Source of the DNA: Nitrososphaerales archaeon
Lineage (GTDB): Archaea > Thermoproteota > Nitrososphaeria > Nitrososphaerales > UBA213
Direction of reading: 5' to 3'
Assembly (NCBI GenBank): GCA_965197925.1
Contig: CBDAOC010000020.1
Coordinates: 32,001-96,000, forward strand
DNA length: 64,000 bases
The notes under the pieces were generated by a model. That model saw only the letters and a program-made list of their open reading frames with translations. It was not told the origin of the DNA and ran no database searches. Made by a program: the position numbers and the translations under genes. Positions within the stretch are counted from its first letter, which is position 1. Each line of letters opens with the position of its first letter. Of this stretch, positions 19,001 through 29,953 are shown one piece after another.

Positions 19001-19140
19001 TGCTTTGTTGCATAACTATGAAATCTATTACTGAATAATGAAATCATTCTGTTATTGTGGTGCGAATCTCTAGATTACATTTTCAATTACTTAACCATAA
19101 GACGAAAAATTACAGAGTTTTTGAGTTGTGCAACAAAGCA
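19001..19140 (+). mobile_element. MITE copy 4 (140 bp)
   Basis: TGCTTTGTTGCA...TGCAACAAAGCA; closest to copy 1. Confidence 0.85.
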
Positions 19141-19634
19141 GAAGAAATCCCTTGGCTGAGTGGGAGTTATCTTCACATCAGTTTGTTTGATTCTATTCCT
19201 AACACGCTTAGAGTCAATTGGGAATACTCTTTCTTTGATTCTGGATATTTCATTAACTAAAGAACCAACATCTACATGCAAGGGATTAGGTCATACCATT
19301 TGGTCGTAACATATTCAACCTTTCTCAATACAAAGCCATTATTGAAATCAATATCATCTCAGGTAAGTGACAGCAATCTTCTTACACGTATTCCGGTAGT
19401 TGAGCATAAGGCAAGATATGCTTTAACCAGAGGATCTTGTACGCTCTCAATGAGTTCTCCCACCATATCATATTTAGGTGCAATAATCAAGCTCTCGGTA
19501 TTTGGTTTTCGGAAAGATATGCTGATATCGATATTATACATTCTGGATGGACGCTTTAGGGCTTTAGCAGAATTGTCGTAGGTGTTGTCATTATCAATAT
19601 GCGTTAGGTAGGCTTTGACGGTATCTTCATTCAA
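19141..19634 (-). pseudogene. Degenerate tyrosine integrase, truncated by MITE copy 4
   Basis: 'KAYLALCSTTGIRVRRLLSLT' (box I) and 'VKITPTQPRDFF' (box II-like); the catalytic-Tyr region is absent. Confidence 0.65.
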
Positions 19635-19986
19635 TGTTTGATAATGCTGTAGATAGTTCTAGTAACAGATGTACGGAGTACAAAAGCCGGTGTTTTTTAA
19701 ATTTGAACGCAAGGTGTCTAAAACCACTCATCTTGTTTAAGATAATCATCCTTGGTATTATCAAATTAACAGTACCAAATATCGTTGTGGCCTGACCTTG
19801 TCATTACCAACTCATTCAACTATGATCAATTTTTTACTCACTATATAATGGCTGTCAGATTTGTCAAAATTTTAAAATGGCTAGTTTACGTTTTCGTATA
19901 TTCTAGATCTGTTTCGGTATAAACAATTAGGCTATGATGTTAATTTTCGGATAAGCTCAAATATTACTGTAAGAACTACCTAATCA

Positions 19987-21111
19987 ATGAATAAACTAGT
20001 AATACCAAGTATATTAGCAGCAACAGTATTGATAGCAGGAATATTTGCATTCATGCCAGTAGATAGAGCAGCAACTGTGCATACAACAATAGGAAATAAA
20101 TTAATTATAAGAGATGTATTTGTGAATACAGTATACGCAAATTTAAACTCTGACCCAATAAAGGTTGACATACTAGTTACTAGGCATGACGGAACCACAG
20201 TTACGGGTTTAACAGCCGCTAACTTTGCAGCAGATATAATATACGGAATACCAAATACAATTACCGTAACCGTTGATGATACACCAGTCAATGGTATCTA
20301 CAGACTAGATCTAAACCCTACAAGAAACTGGGGTGGAGATAGAACAAACATAGGAATCACAGTCACATCAGGTAGCAATTCCGCAACAGCATTGGTAGTT
20401 ATTAAAAGTGCATGTGAATCAGGTAGTATAATCGGATATCCTCTTGATCTAACCAATGACGAGAGGATCTGGCTCACAGACAACCCAACAATAAGAGTAG
20501 CGTATGATCCAGCATGGTTCCCATATGAGTACGTTAATGAGGCAGGCCAGATTGATGGGGTTACGGCAGAATACATATGCGAGTTTGAAAGAGCTACTGG
20601 AGCCGATTTTGTCCAGATTCCAGTCACCAGCTGGGCTGATTCTCTAGACGCACTAGAGAACAGAAGGGCCGATGTCCTGTTCATGGTAACCGAAACACAA
20701 GAGAGACTCGCCTATATGGGCTTTACAACACCACACAACAGAATAACCACAGACATTGTAACGAAAGATAATACGCCCATGGAAATTACGGATCTCCAAA
20801 CAGTAGCTACAATAAGTGGCTATGAAATAAATGATTGGCTTGCTGAAAACCATCCAAGCATAACTATTACACAGGTAGGAAACTATGAAGAAGGGATCAG
20901 GATGTTGGATAACGATAACGTGGAAGCATTTTTGGAAGTGTTTGGGGTAGTCTCGTACCATGCGGAAACAATCGGAATTGAAGGTTTGTACAATGCAGGC
21001 CCTACAGGACACTACTATGATCTAAGCATAGGCTACAGAAATGACCTACCTGTTCTTGGTAGTATTCTACAAAAAACTCTAGATTATATACCTGACATAA
21101 AATTAGAGTAA
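19987..21111 (+). CDS. Secreted protein: thaumarchaeal-type signal peptide, beta-rich domain and family-3 (PBP2) substrate-binding domain
   Basis: N-terminus MNKLVIPSILAATVLIAGIFAFMPV; C-terminal 'IRVAYDPAWFPYEY...GVTAEY...TQERLAYMGFT'. Confidence 0.8.
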   Translation: MNKLVIPSILAATVLIAGIFAFMPVDRAATVHTTIGNKLIIRDVFVNTVYANLNSDPIKVDILVTRHDGTTVTGLTAANFAADIIYGIPNTITVTVDDTPVNGIYRLDLNPTRNWGGDRTNIGITVTSGSNSATALVVIKSACESGSIIGYPLDLTNDERIWLTDNPTIRVAYDPAWFPYEYVNEAGQIDGVTAEYICEFERATGADFVQIPVTSWADSLDALENRRADVLFMVTETQERLAYMGFTTPHNRITTDIVTKDNTPMEITDLQTVATISGYEINDWLAENHPSITITQVGNYEEGIRMLDNDNVEAFLEVFGVVSYHAETIGIEGLYNAGPTGHYYDLSIGYRNDLPVLGSILQKTLDYIPDIKLE

Positions 21112-21198
21112 GCACTAGTAGAATATCGCAATTTTTTTTTCTAACTTATTACTGTATATTTTCTTAATGGATAACGAAATCATATGAAGCATAATTAT

Positions 21199-22293
21199 CT
21201 GAGGCTTGGGCATAATTTAGTTCGAAACGATAAGATCAGGTTTCAATTTTCATTGGTAATGTGTTTAGCCCAGACTCGATACTTCTTCGTATATTATTTT
21301 TGATTGACGTGATTCCTTGGTCAAAACCTAATAGGAAAAGGGGTAGACCATTCTACTATTCTCCTATAGTAATGATGAGATGCTTCATCGTTAGAGTATG
21401 GGTAAGAATACCAAGCAACAATGTGTTACATCAGTATTTTTCGATAGACATGCCATACAACAGGAAGGTAATGAAGGCATGTGGTCTTGATAGGTTTCCA
21501 GATAAAAGAACATTCGACAGAAGGTCAAGGCCATATCAATTGACATAAGATCAAGGATAGATGTCATGGGTATGCTCTTCATAAAAGATGGGTGGTAGAC
21601 TCATTCATAGTATCCGTTGACAGTTCATTGTTGAAAGCAAAGGGACATGTATGGCTAAGATTAAACACGAAGAATGAAGTGCCACGCTCGGGTATAGATA
21701 CAGATGCTCGATGGGGCTACAGCAGAACCAAGGGATGGATATTCGGATACAAGATGCATCTAGCATGTAGTACAGGTTCATTGATAGTTCCATTATCAGC
21801 TGATTTCACAACAGCTAACATTACTGACAACAGGATGTATGAAAGCATGACATCTTCATTGCCTTCAGGAACGGTAATGTATGCTGTAGGAGATGAAGGA
21901 TATGATGATCACAAGTTATGTGATTTCAGCAGGTATAGAGGACATCTACTGGTATTCCCATTGGAAAGGTACAGGCATACTACAGATAATAATAGACTGG
22001 CATTGCTGCAGTTCTATCAATCGGAATTTGGACAGCATGTATATTCTCGGAGGAGCATAAGCGTTGAGCCATTGATAGAGCATATGAAGGATGTATTTAC
22101 CATAGATCCATTGCCAGTTAGAGTGTTCGATAAGGTAAGGAGTATGGTGTTGTTATCAGTATTGTTGTATCAGGTAATGGTTTACTACAACTACTTGACA
22201 GGAAGGCCTCTTTAGGGCATTGAAGTATATGTTGGGAAGCTAATAGTAATAATTTCAAAATAATATTATAATTGAATTATGCCCAAGTCTCAG
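21199..22293 (+). mobile_element. DDE insertion sequence (IS4/IS5/IS982-like) with a disrupted transposase
   Basis: 19-bp TIRs CTGAGGCTTGGGCATAATT / AATTATGCCCAAGTCTCAG (1 mismatch); split ORFs with 'VDSS', 'FGYKMH', 'GDEGYD' and 'RRSISVEP'. Confidence 0.88.
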
Positions 22294-22545
22294 CTACCTA
22301 TACACCCAAACATCCAACTATAGAAAAATTGTACCCCGCCCCAAACTAAAAAAATAAGAACCTAAATTTTAAACCTAACATATGGATCCATACGCATACA
22401 ACGAAATGTGTTGTTCCACAACAAGATTGCTAGTGGATTAGACAAAGATAAATGAGATTTTGGATTGTCACAGGTAATACAGGCCCCAAGATTCACATAA
22501 CATAAGAAGAGTTTTATATCAAGTATAGGAAGCGTATAGAAGGAT

Positions 22546-24096
<1,551 letters not shown>

Positions 24097-24470
24097 GTAA
24101 TGCTTTGTATTTAACAGACATGATTATATGGAAATACCTAACGATATATCAAGTAATCCACTTTAATCCAATTACCGAAATGACGAAACGGAACGGGGAA
24201 TAATGTTTTCTTCTCTAATATTTTCAGCCTGAATAAACTAAAAATAAACTAAAAAAATGATTAGAAACTCTTGATAATTTATAGCTAGTATATGCAATAA
24301 CCCTCTATTTTGGCCCATGTTTATAGATAGTATTAAATGATCAACAATCTAACTTCAGGGTTCTATTAAAGCGTCAGTAATTCAATATGATGCAGTCAAA
24401 AAACTTACATCATACTTGCCGAAACGCTAAAAGGAAGAGGATTATTTATTACAAGTTTGCAAACTCATTC

Positions 24471-24506
24471 ATTTACCTAATGTCCTGAATTTACCTAATG
24501 TCCTGA
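24471..24506. repeat. 18-bp tandem duplication
   Basis: ATTTACCTAATGTCCTGA x2 immediately after the GT2 stop codon. Confidence 0.85.
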
Positions 24507-24507
24507 A

Positions 24508-25236
24508 CTATCTGCTTACCATGATTCTTGCGCAAACACTTAAAAATTTAAAAATTTCTTTAAGGTCCAGTTTTGATCTACCATCTTTTCTATCCATAAA
24601 TATTATAGGTACCTCACAAATGTCAAATCCAGCTCGTTGAAGTTTGTACAGCATTTCTATTTGAAAAGCATATCCATCTGATTTGACCTTATCTATGAGT
24701 ATTTGCCGCAAGCAAAGTGATTTGAATGCCCTATATCCACTAGTGACATCTTTTATTCCAAGTCCGCACATATACCTAGCAACTTTGTTAGCTGAAGAGC
24801 TTAATGATTTTCTGTAGTAACCCCATCCAACTATGGTACCCCCATATATCCGTCTGCTTCCGACCGCAACATCTTTACCTTCGCTTAACATTCTCAACAA
24901 ATCGCGTATATATCCAGGATTATGTGAGTTGTCGGCATCCATTTGTACGATAATATCTGCATTGAATTTATCAAGCGCATATACAAAACCGTTCTTATAC
25001 GCAGAGCCTATACCCAACTTCCCGTTTCTGTGCAGCACAACTATATTACCATATTCTTTTGCAAGCTCTTCGGCAATGTCACCAGTGCCATCCGGGGAAA
25101 TATCATCTACTATTATTACTAACGAATCCATATCAATTTCTTTCAAAGTATTTTCGAGGGATTCAATCAACACTGGTAGATTCTCAGTCTCGTTATAGGT
25201 AGGGATCACTACAGCCATTCGATACAATTTTAACAC
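24508..25236 (-). CDS. Polyprenol/dolichol-phosphate mannose synthase (GT2, DPM1-like)
   Basis: 'VIPTYNE', 'VDDISPDGT', 'QMDADNSH', 'DVTSGYRA' and 'DGYAFQIE' motifs. Confidence 0.9.
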   Translation of the reverse strand: MLKLYRMAVVIPTYNETENLPVLIESLENTLKEIDMDSLVIIVDDISPDGTGDIAEELAKEYGNIVVLHRNGKLGIGSAYKNGFVYALDKFNADIIVQMDADNSHNPGYIRDLLRMLSEGKDVAVGSRRIYGGTIVGWGYYRKSLSSSANKVARYMCGLGIKDVTSGYRAFKSLCLRQILIDKVKSDGYAFQIEMLYKLQRAGFDICEVPIIFMDRKDGRSKLDLKEIFKFLSVCARIMVSR

Positions 25237-25320
25237 AATAATATCTTCAACACAAAAAAACCTTTGGACACTTTACAGTAGATTGTTTGTAAAATAATAA
25301 AAAATGATAATGGTAAATGT

Positions 25321-26145
25321 CTATCGAGGTAGTACATTTAGTACCTGTATCTTTCTGCCTGCGACCACAATAGCACTCAAAGCTAATGCCAGTACAATCA
25401 CTGCAATGACACCAAACTCTGGAATCACTTGTGTACCAATAATCTCAATCTCTTCTGTTCCCGCTGGCACTGGAATTACCAATGTTCTCGAAGTAGATGT
25501 TATATCTTTTTCAGTAACATCCCCTTCATCTCCATCGACTAACACTATGTATTCATCATCTTGACCATTTATTTTTGAATCAATAAGCTGTCTAGGTAGT
25601 ACTATCTCCAGCATTCCATCCTCGCTAGAGCTTGTGCTCACGAAAATTATCACGCTCGTAAAGTCTGGATCTACATCTACACTCCTTATACTCCCATTGG
25701 AAATTTCAGCTTTGACATCGAAAACATTACCTTCAAACTCAAATCTTATAGTATCTTCCATTGGCGCTTCTCCCCCAGTGAACTCAAACGTTGTCTGCAC
25801 ACTTTTTCCAGAATATGTTGCCTTTACTGTATATATCCCATTTATTCCTAGTTTACCTCCAACCTTGAAGTCGAACGAAAATGTTCCATCAGAGATTGGT
25901 GTTGGCTGTCCTATTGTATACATTGTATTTCTAGGATTAAATACCTGAATAGCGACAGGCACACCCTCTAAAACTGCTGGTACGGTGCCTACTACTTTTA
26001 TTGTTTCACCCATACCAAAGCTTGCCTTGTCTACCCTTACAGTCAAAGTCCCCGCTTGTGAATATGCAAAGTTTGGGGCGACAGACATTAAAGTTGCGAA
26101 AATCACAGCTATTATAGCATATTTTGCGTAACGCATATCAGTCAT
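25321..26145 (-). CDS. PEFG-CTERM sorting-domain surface protein
   Basis: Signal peptide; C-terminal 'VIPEFG' followed by a TM helix and basic residues. Confidence 0.92.
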   Translation of the reverse strand: MTDMRYAKYAIIAVIFATLMSVAPNFAYSQAGTLTVRVDKASFGMGETIKVVGTVPAVLEGVPVAIQVFNPRNTMYTIGQPTPISDGTFSFDFKVGGKLGINGIYTVKATYSGKSVQTTFEFTGGEAPMEDTIRFEFEGNVFDVKAEISNGSIRSVDVDPDFTSVIIFVSTSSSEDGMLEIVLPRQLIDSKINGQDDEYIVLVDGDEGDVTEKDITSTSRTLVIPVPAGTEEIEIIGTQVIPEFGVIAVIVLALALSAIVVAGRKIQVLNVLPR

Positions 26146-26341
26146 TCTCCAACGACCTATGTTTCTCTTGGTATATATCCTTTTATTAGATATATGAATG
26201 AAAAATTCAAGTTCAATATTTTATATAATATGCTACAAAATTCAATTCACAAGATTTATATATCTTTTTTCAAGAAATTACTATTTCGTGTTTAATTCTT
26301 TAGAAGTTTATAAGGAGGTTTATAATTGGAGGTCACTGTAA

Positions 26342-26596
26342 TTGTCGGATAAAACAAAAAATGATTTCGATGTGGTGAAGCATATTTATGTACCAAAGCA
26401 TGAGATAATGCCGAAGAGGGAGGCGGATGAAATTTTGTCTATTTATAATGTAAGACAGGAACAGTTGCCTATCATATTTTTAAGCGATCCTGTTATGAAA
26501 GAGCTTGATCCAAAGCGAGGAGATATGATAAAGATCACAAGGAAAAGTTCTACAGCGGGCGAGAGTGTATATTATAGATACGTGGTAGAGGGATAA
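26342..26596 (+). CDS. rpoH: RNA polymerase subunit Rpo5 (H)
   Basis: 'HIYVPKHEI', 'LPII...DPV' and 'KITRKSSTAGESVYYRYV' motifs. Confidence 0.97.
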   Translation: MSDKTKNDFDVVKHIYVPKHEIMPKREADEILSIYNVRQEQLPIIFLSDPVMKELDPKRGDMIKITRKSSTAGESVYYRYVVEG

Positions 26597-26599
26597 GAT

Positions 26600-29500
26600 T
26601 TGACCATGAACAGAATGGACATGTGGACAATAGTAAATGATATTTTGCTCCGAGAGGGAGTTGCAAGGCAACACCTTAATTCATACAACGAGTTTATGGA
26701 GCATGGTTTACAGAGTATTATAGACGAAGTTAATGCGGTGATAATAGAAACATCAGAGTATCCTTACAAGATCCAGCTTGGTAAGTTAAAATTGCAACAA
26801 GCGAGGATAATGGAGCTAGATGGTTCTATTACTCATCTTACTCCTGTAGAGGCTAGACTTCGCAATCTAACATATGGTGCCCCAATAATGCTGGAATGCA
26901 GTGTCGTTGAAGATGGAAAGATCCTCGAGTCCAAATTCATACATGTAGGTGATATGCCAGTAATGGTAAAATCCAATGCCTGCATTTTGCATAATTTACC
27001 GGAAAGCAGACTTGTAGAATATGGGGAAGACCACAAAGATCCTGGCGGGTATTTTATTATTAACGGTTCTGAACGTGTAATAGTAGGACTTGAAGATCTA
27101 TCATACAACAAAATAATAGTAGATGAAGAGGAGACGACCACAGCCCTAGTTTATAAAGCAAAAGTCTACTCTTCGATAGTTGGATATAGAGCAAAGCTGG
27201 AGTTAGTAATGAAGCAGGATGGCTCAATAGGAGCAAAGATTCCTGGATCACCAGTAGACATACCATTGGTAATAATTATTCGTGCTTTGGGTTTAGAAAT
27301 GGACAAAGATATTGCTGAGGCAGTATCACTCAAACCTATATTTCAGGACGAACTTGAACCATCATTCGAGAAGGCCGGAGAAGTTTCGACAGGAAAGGAA
27401 GCTGTGACGTACATAAGCAAGAGGATTGCACCAGGTATGTTGGAAGAGTTTCAAATAAAGAGGGCGGAGACGTTGCTCGATTGGGGGCTTCTTCCACATT
27501 TAGGCAAGAACCGAGATAATAGAGAAGAAAAGGCACGATTCCTAGGAGAAGCTTCTTGTAAGTTAATAGAATTGAAGCATGGTTGGGTAGATACTGATGA
27601 CAAAGATCATTATGGCAATAAAGTGATAAAGTTTGCAGGACAGATGCTAGCAGATTTATTCCGAACTGCATTTAGGAACCTGGTTAGGGATATGAAATAT
27701 CAACTGGAACGCTCTGGCCAAAAACGAGGTATTAACGCGGTAGCAGCTGCCATAAGACCGGGTATTATCAGTGATAAGCTTAACAATGCTATTGCTACTG
27801 GAAATTGGGGACGGGGAAGAGTAGGGGTGACCCAATTGCTTGACAGAACTAATTACCTTTCAACAATTAGTCACTTACGAAGAGTTCAATCCCCCTTAAG
27901 TAGAAGTCAACCCAACTTCGAAGCAAGAGATCTTCATCCAACACATTTTGGAAGGATTTGTCCCAATGAGACGCCAGAAGGGTCCAACTGTGGTCTTGTG
28001 AAAAATCTAGCACTCTCAGCATTAATTTCTGTAAGTGTACCTTCTGCAGAGGTTGTAGAAAAACTGTATGAATTGGGAGTAATGCATGTTGCTGATGCAA
28101 ATGATCCCTTGAAAGAGAATGGGAGTCGTGTATTTGTCGATGGAAGGTTCATCGGTTATGCAGAAAATGGTGATAAACTTGCAGAAACACTTAGGTTGTT
28201 AAGACGCTCGGGCAGCCTACATTCTCATATAGGCATATTTTCTTATACACCAACAATTGAAGATGCTACACCAAGAATATACATAAGTTGTAATGCGGGT
28301 AGAGTGCTGAGACCCTTAATAATTGTGAAAGATGGATTATCGCAGGTTACAGATGAAATACTTGAAAAGGTGGCAAAGAAGTTCTTGTCATGGCAAGATC
28401 TTCTTTCAATGGGCATAATTGATCTCATTGACGCTAATGAAGAAGAGAACAGTTATGTTGCTTTGGATACAGGATCCGTAACAAAGGAGAATACGCATGT
28501 AGAGATCTTCTCCCCGGCTATTCTGGGAGTAGCGGCCTCGATTATACCATACCCAGAACATAACCAATCACCCAGAAACACGTACGAGTCTGCAATGGCC
28601 AAGCAGTCACTAGGATTCTCAACGCCCTTGATGAACTACAGCACCTATGTAAGGCAGCACTTTATGCTTTACCCACAGATGCCTATTGTTAATACTCGAG
28701 CAGTATCATTGCTTGGACTTGGGGAGAGGCCTACAGGACAGAATTGTGTAGTAGCTGTTTTACCTTTCGAGGGCTATAATATTGAGGATGCTATAGTGAT
28801 CAACAAATCTTCAGTTGATAGAGGTTTAGCAAGGACCTTCTTCTATAGGGTTTATGAAGCTGAAGCTAAACAATACCCAGGAGGTATGCGGGACAATTTT
28901 GAAATTCCAGCGAGTGACACAAACATTAGGGGATACAGAGGGGAAAAGGCATACAGGTTGCTTGAGGCAGACGGTGCTGTAATGCATGAGTCTGTTGTAA
29001 TTGGTGGAGATATATTGATCGGGAGGACAAGTCCGCCTAGGTTTATGGAGGAATACAAGGAGTTCGAGGTTAGAGGACCATATAGAAGGGATACAAGTGT
29101 TGGTGTAAGATCATCGGAAAATGGTGTAGTAGATACTATTGTGGTGACGCAATCCTCGGAAGGAGGTAAGGTGTACAAGGTAAGGATTAGGGATATGCGA
29201 ATACCAGAGATCGGTGATAAATTTGCATCAAGACATGGACAGAAGGGAGTTATAGGTATGCTGGTAAATCATGAGGACATGCCTTATACAGTAGAAGGTA
29301 TAGTACCAGATGTTATTATAAATCCACATGCGTTTCCATCTAGAATGACCGTTGGTCAGTTTATGGAATCTGTAACAGGAAAAGGAGGTGCTCTAAGAGG
29401 ACATTTGGTAGATGGCACCGCATTCGTAGGTGAAAAATCTGATGACGTAAAAAGTGTACTTGAAAAATATGGGTTTAATTATAGTGGTAAGGAAGTGATG

Positions 29501-29950
29501 TATGATGGAAGGACTGGAAAGAAGTTTCCTGCTGATGTATTTATTGGTGTTGTCTACTTCCAGAAACTTCACCATATGGTAGCAGATAAGATACATTCCA
29601 GGGCAAGGGGACAAGTACAGATGCTTACTAAACAACCTACGGAAGGAAGAGCCCGCGGTGGGGGTCTAAGGTTTGGGGAGATGGAGCGAGATTGTTTGAT
29701 AGCATATGGTGCATCAATGTTGTTAAAGGACAGACTGCTTGAAGAGTCTGATAAAGCGGAAGTATATGTCTGTGAAAGATGTGGTTTACTCTCTTATTAT
29801 GATATAAAGCAGAGGAGATATGTATGCAGGGTGTGTGGCGATAAAGGAAGGGTATCATCTATCGTGATTGCATACGCATTCAAATTGTTGCTTCAGGAAG
29901 TGACTAGTCTCAATGTTGCTCCTAGGTTGCTAGTGAAGGATAAGGTCTAG
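26600..29950 (+). CDS. rpoB: RNA polymerase subunit Rpo2 (B), unsplit
   Basis: 'GGYFIINGSERV', 'GDKFASRHGQKG' and 'GGLRFGEMERDC' motifs. Confidence 0.99.
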   Translation: MTMNRMDMWTIVNDILLREGVARQHLNSYNEFMEHGLQSIIDEVNAVIIETSEYPYKIQLGKLKLQQARIMELDGSITHLTPVEARLRNLTYGAPIMLECSVVEDGKILESKFIHVGDMPVMVKSNACILHNLPESRLVEYGEDHKDPGGYFIINGSERVIVGLEDLSYNKIIVDEEETTTALVYKAKVYSSIVGYRAKLELVMKQDGSIGAKIPGSPVDIPLVIIIRALGLEMDKDIAEAVSLKPIFQDELEPSFEKAGEVSTGKEAVTYISKRIAPGMLEEFQIKRAETLLDWGLLPHLGKNRDNREEKARFLGEASCKLIELKHGWVDTDDKDHYGNKVIKFAGQMLADLFRTAFRNLVRDMKYQLERSGQKRGINAVAAAIRPGIISDKLNNAIATGNWGRGRVGVTQLLDRTNYLSTISHLRRVQSPLSRSQPNFEARDLHPTHFGRICPNETPEGSNCGLVKNLALSALISVSVPSAEVVEKLYELGVMHVADANDPLKENGSRVFVDGRFIGYAENGDKLAETLRLLRRSGSLHSHIGIFSYTPTIEDATPRIYISCNAGRVLRPLIIVKDGLSQVTDEILEKVAKKFLSWQDLLSMGIIDLIDANEEENSYVALDTGSVTKENTHVEIFSPAILGVAASIIPYPEHNQSPRNTYESAMAKQSLGFSTPLMNYSTYVRQHFMLYPQMPIVNTRAVSLLGLGERPTGQNCVVAVLPFEGYNIEDAIVINKSSVDRGLARTFFYRVYEAEAKQYPGGMRDNFEIPASDTNIRGYRGEKAYRLLEADGAVMHESVVIGGDILIGRTSPPRFMEEYKEFEVRGPYRRDTSVGVRSSENGVVDTIVVTQSSEGGKVYKVRIRDMRIPEIGDKFASRHGQKGVIGMLVNHEDMPYTVEGIVPDVIINPHAFPSRMTVGQFMESVTGKGGALRGHLVDGTAFVGEKSDDVKSVLEKYGFNYSGKEVMYDGRTGKKFPADVFIGVVYFQKLHHMVADKIHSRARGQVQMLTKQPTEGRARGGGLRFGEMERDCLIAYGASMLLKDRLLEESDKAEVYVCERCGLLSYYDIKQRRYVCRVCGDKGRVSSIVIAYAFKLLLQEVTSLNVAPRLLVKDKV

Positions 29951-29953
29951 TGT

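Noticed and set aside
5629..19140. MITE copies as integron attC sites
   Set aside because: End polarity is GTT...AAC rather than RYYYAAC...GTTRRRY, orientation is mixed, and the copies truncate genes.
21165..21198. Possible fifth MITE fragment (GGATAACGAAATCAT)
   Set aside because: Match of only ~15 bp, with no TIR.
24471..24506. TTACCTAAT in the 18-bp duplication matching the 2776-2785 operator-like motif
   Set aside because: Short AT-rich match between convergent gene ends; likely chance.
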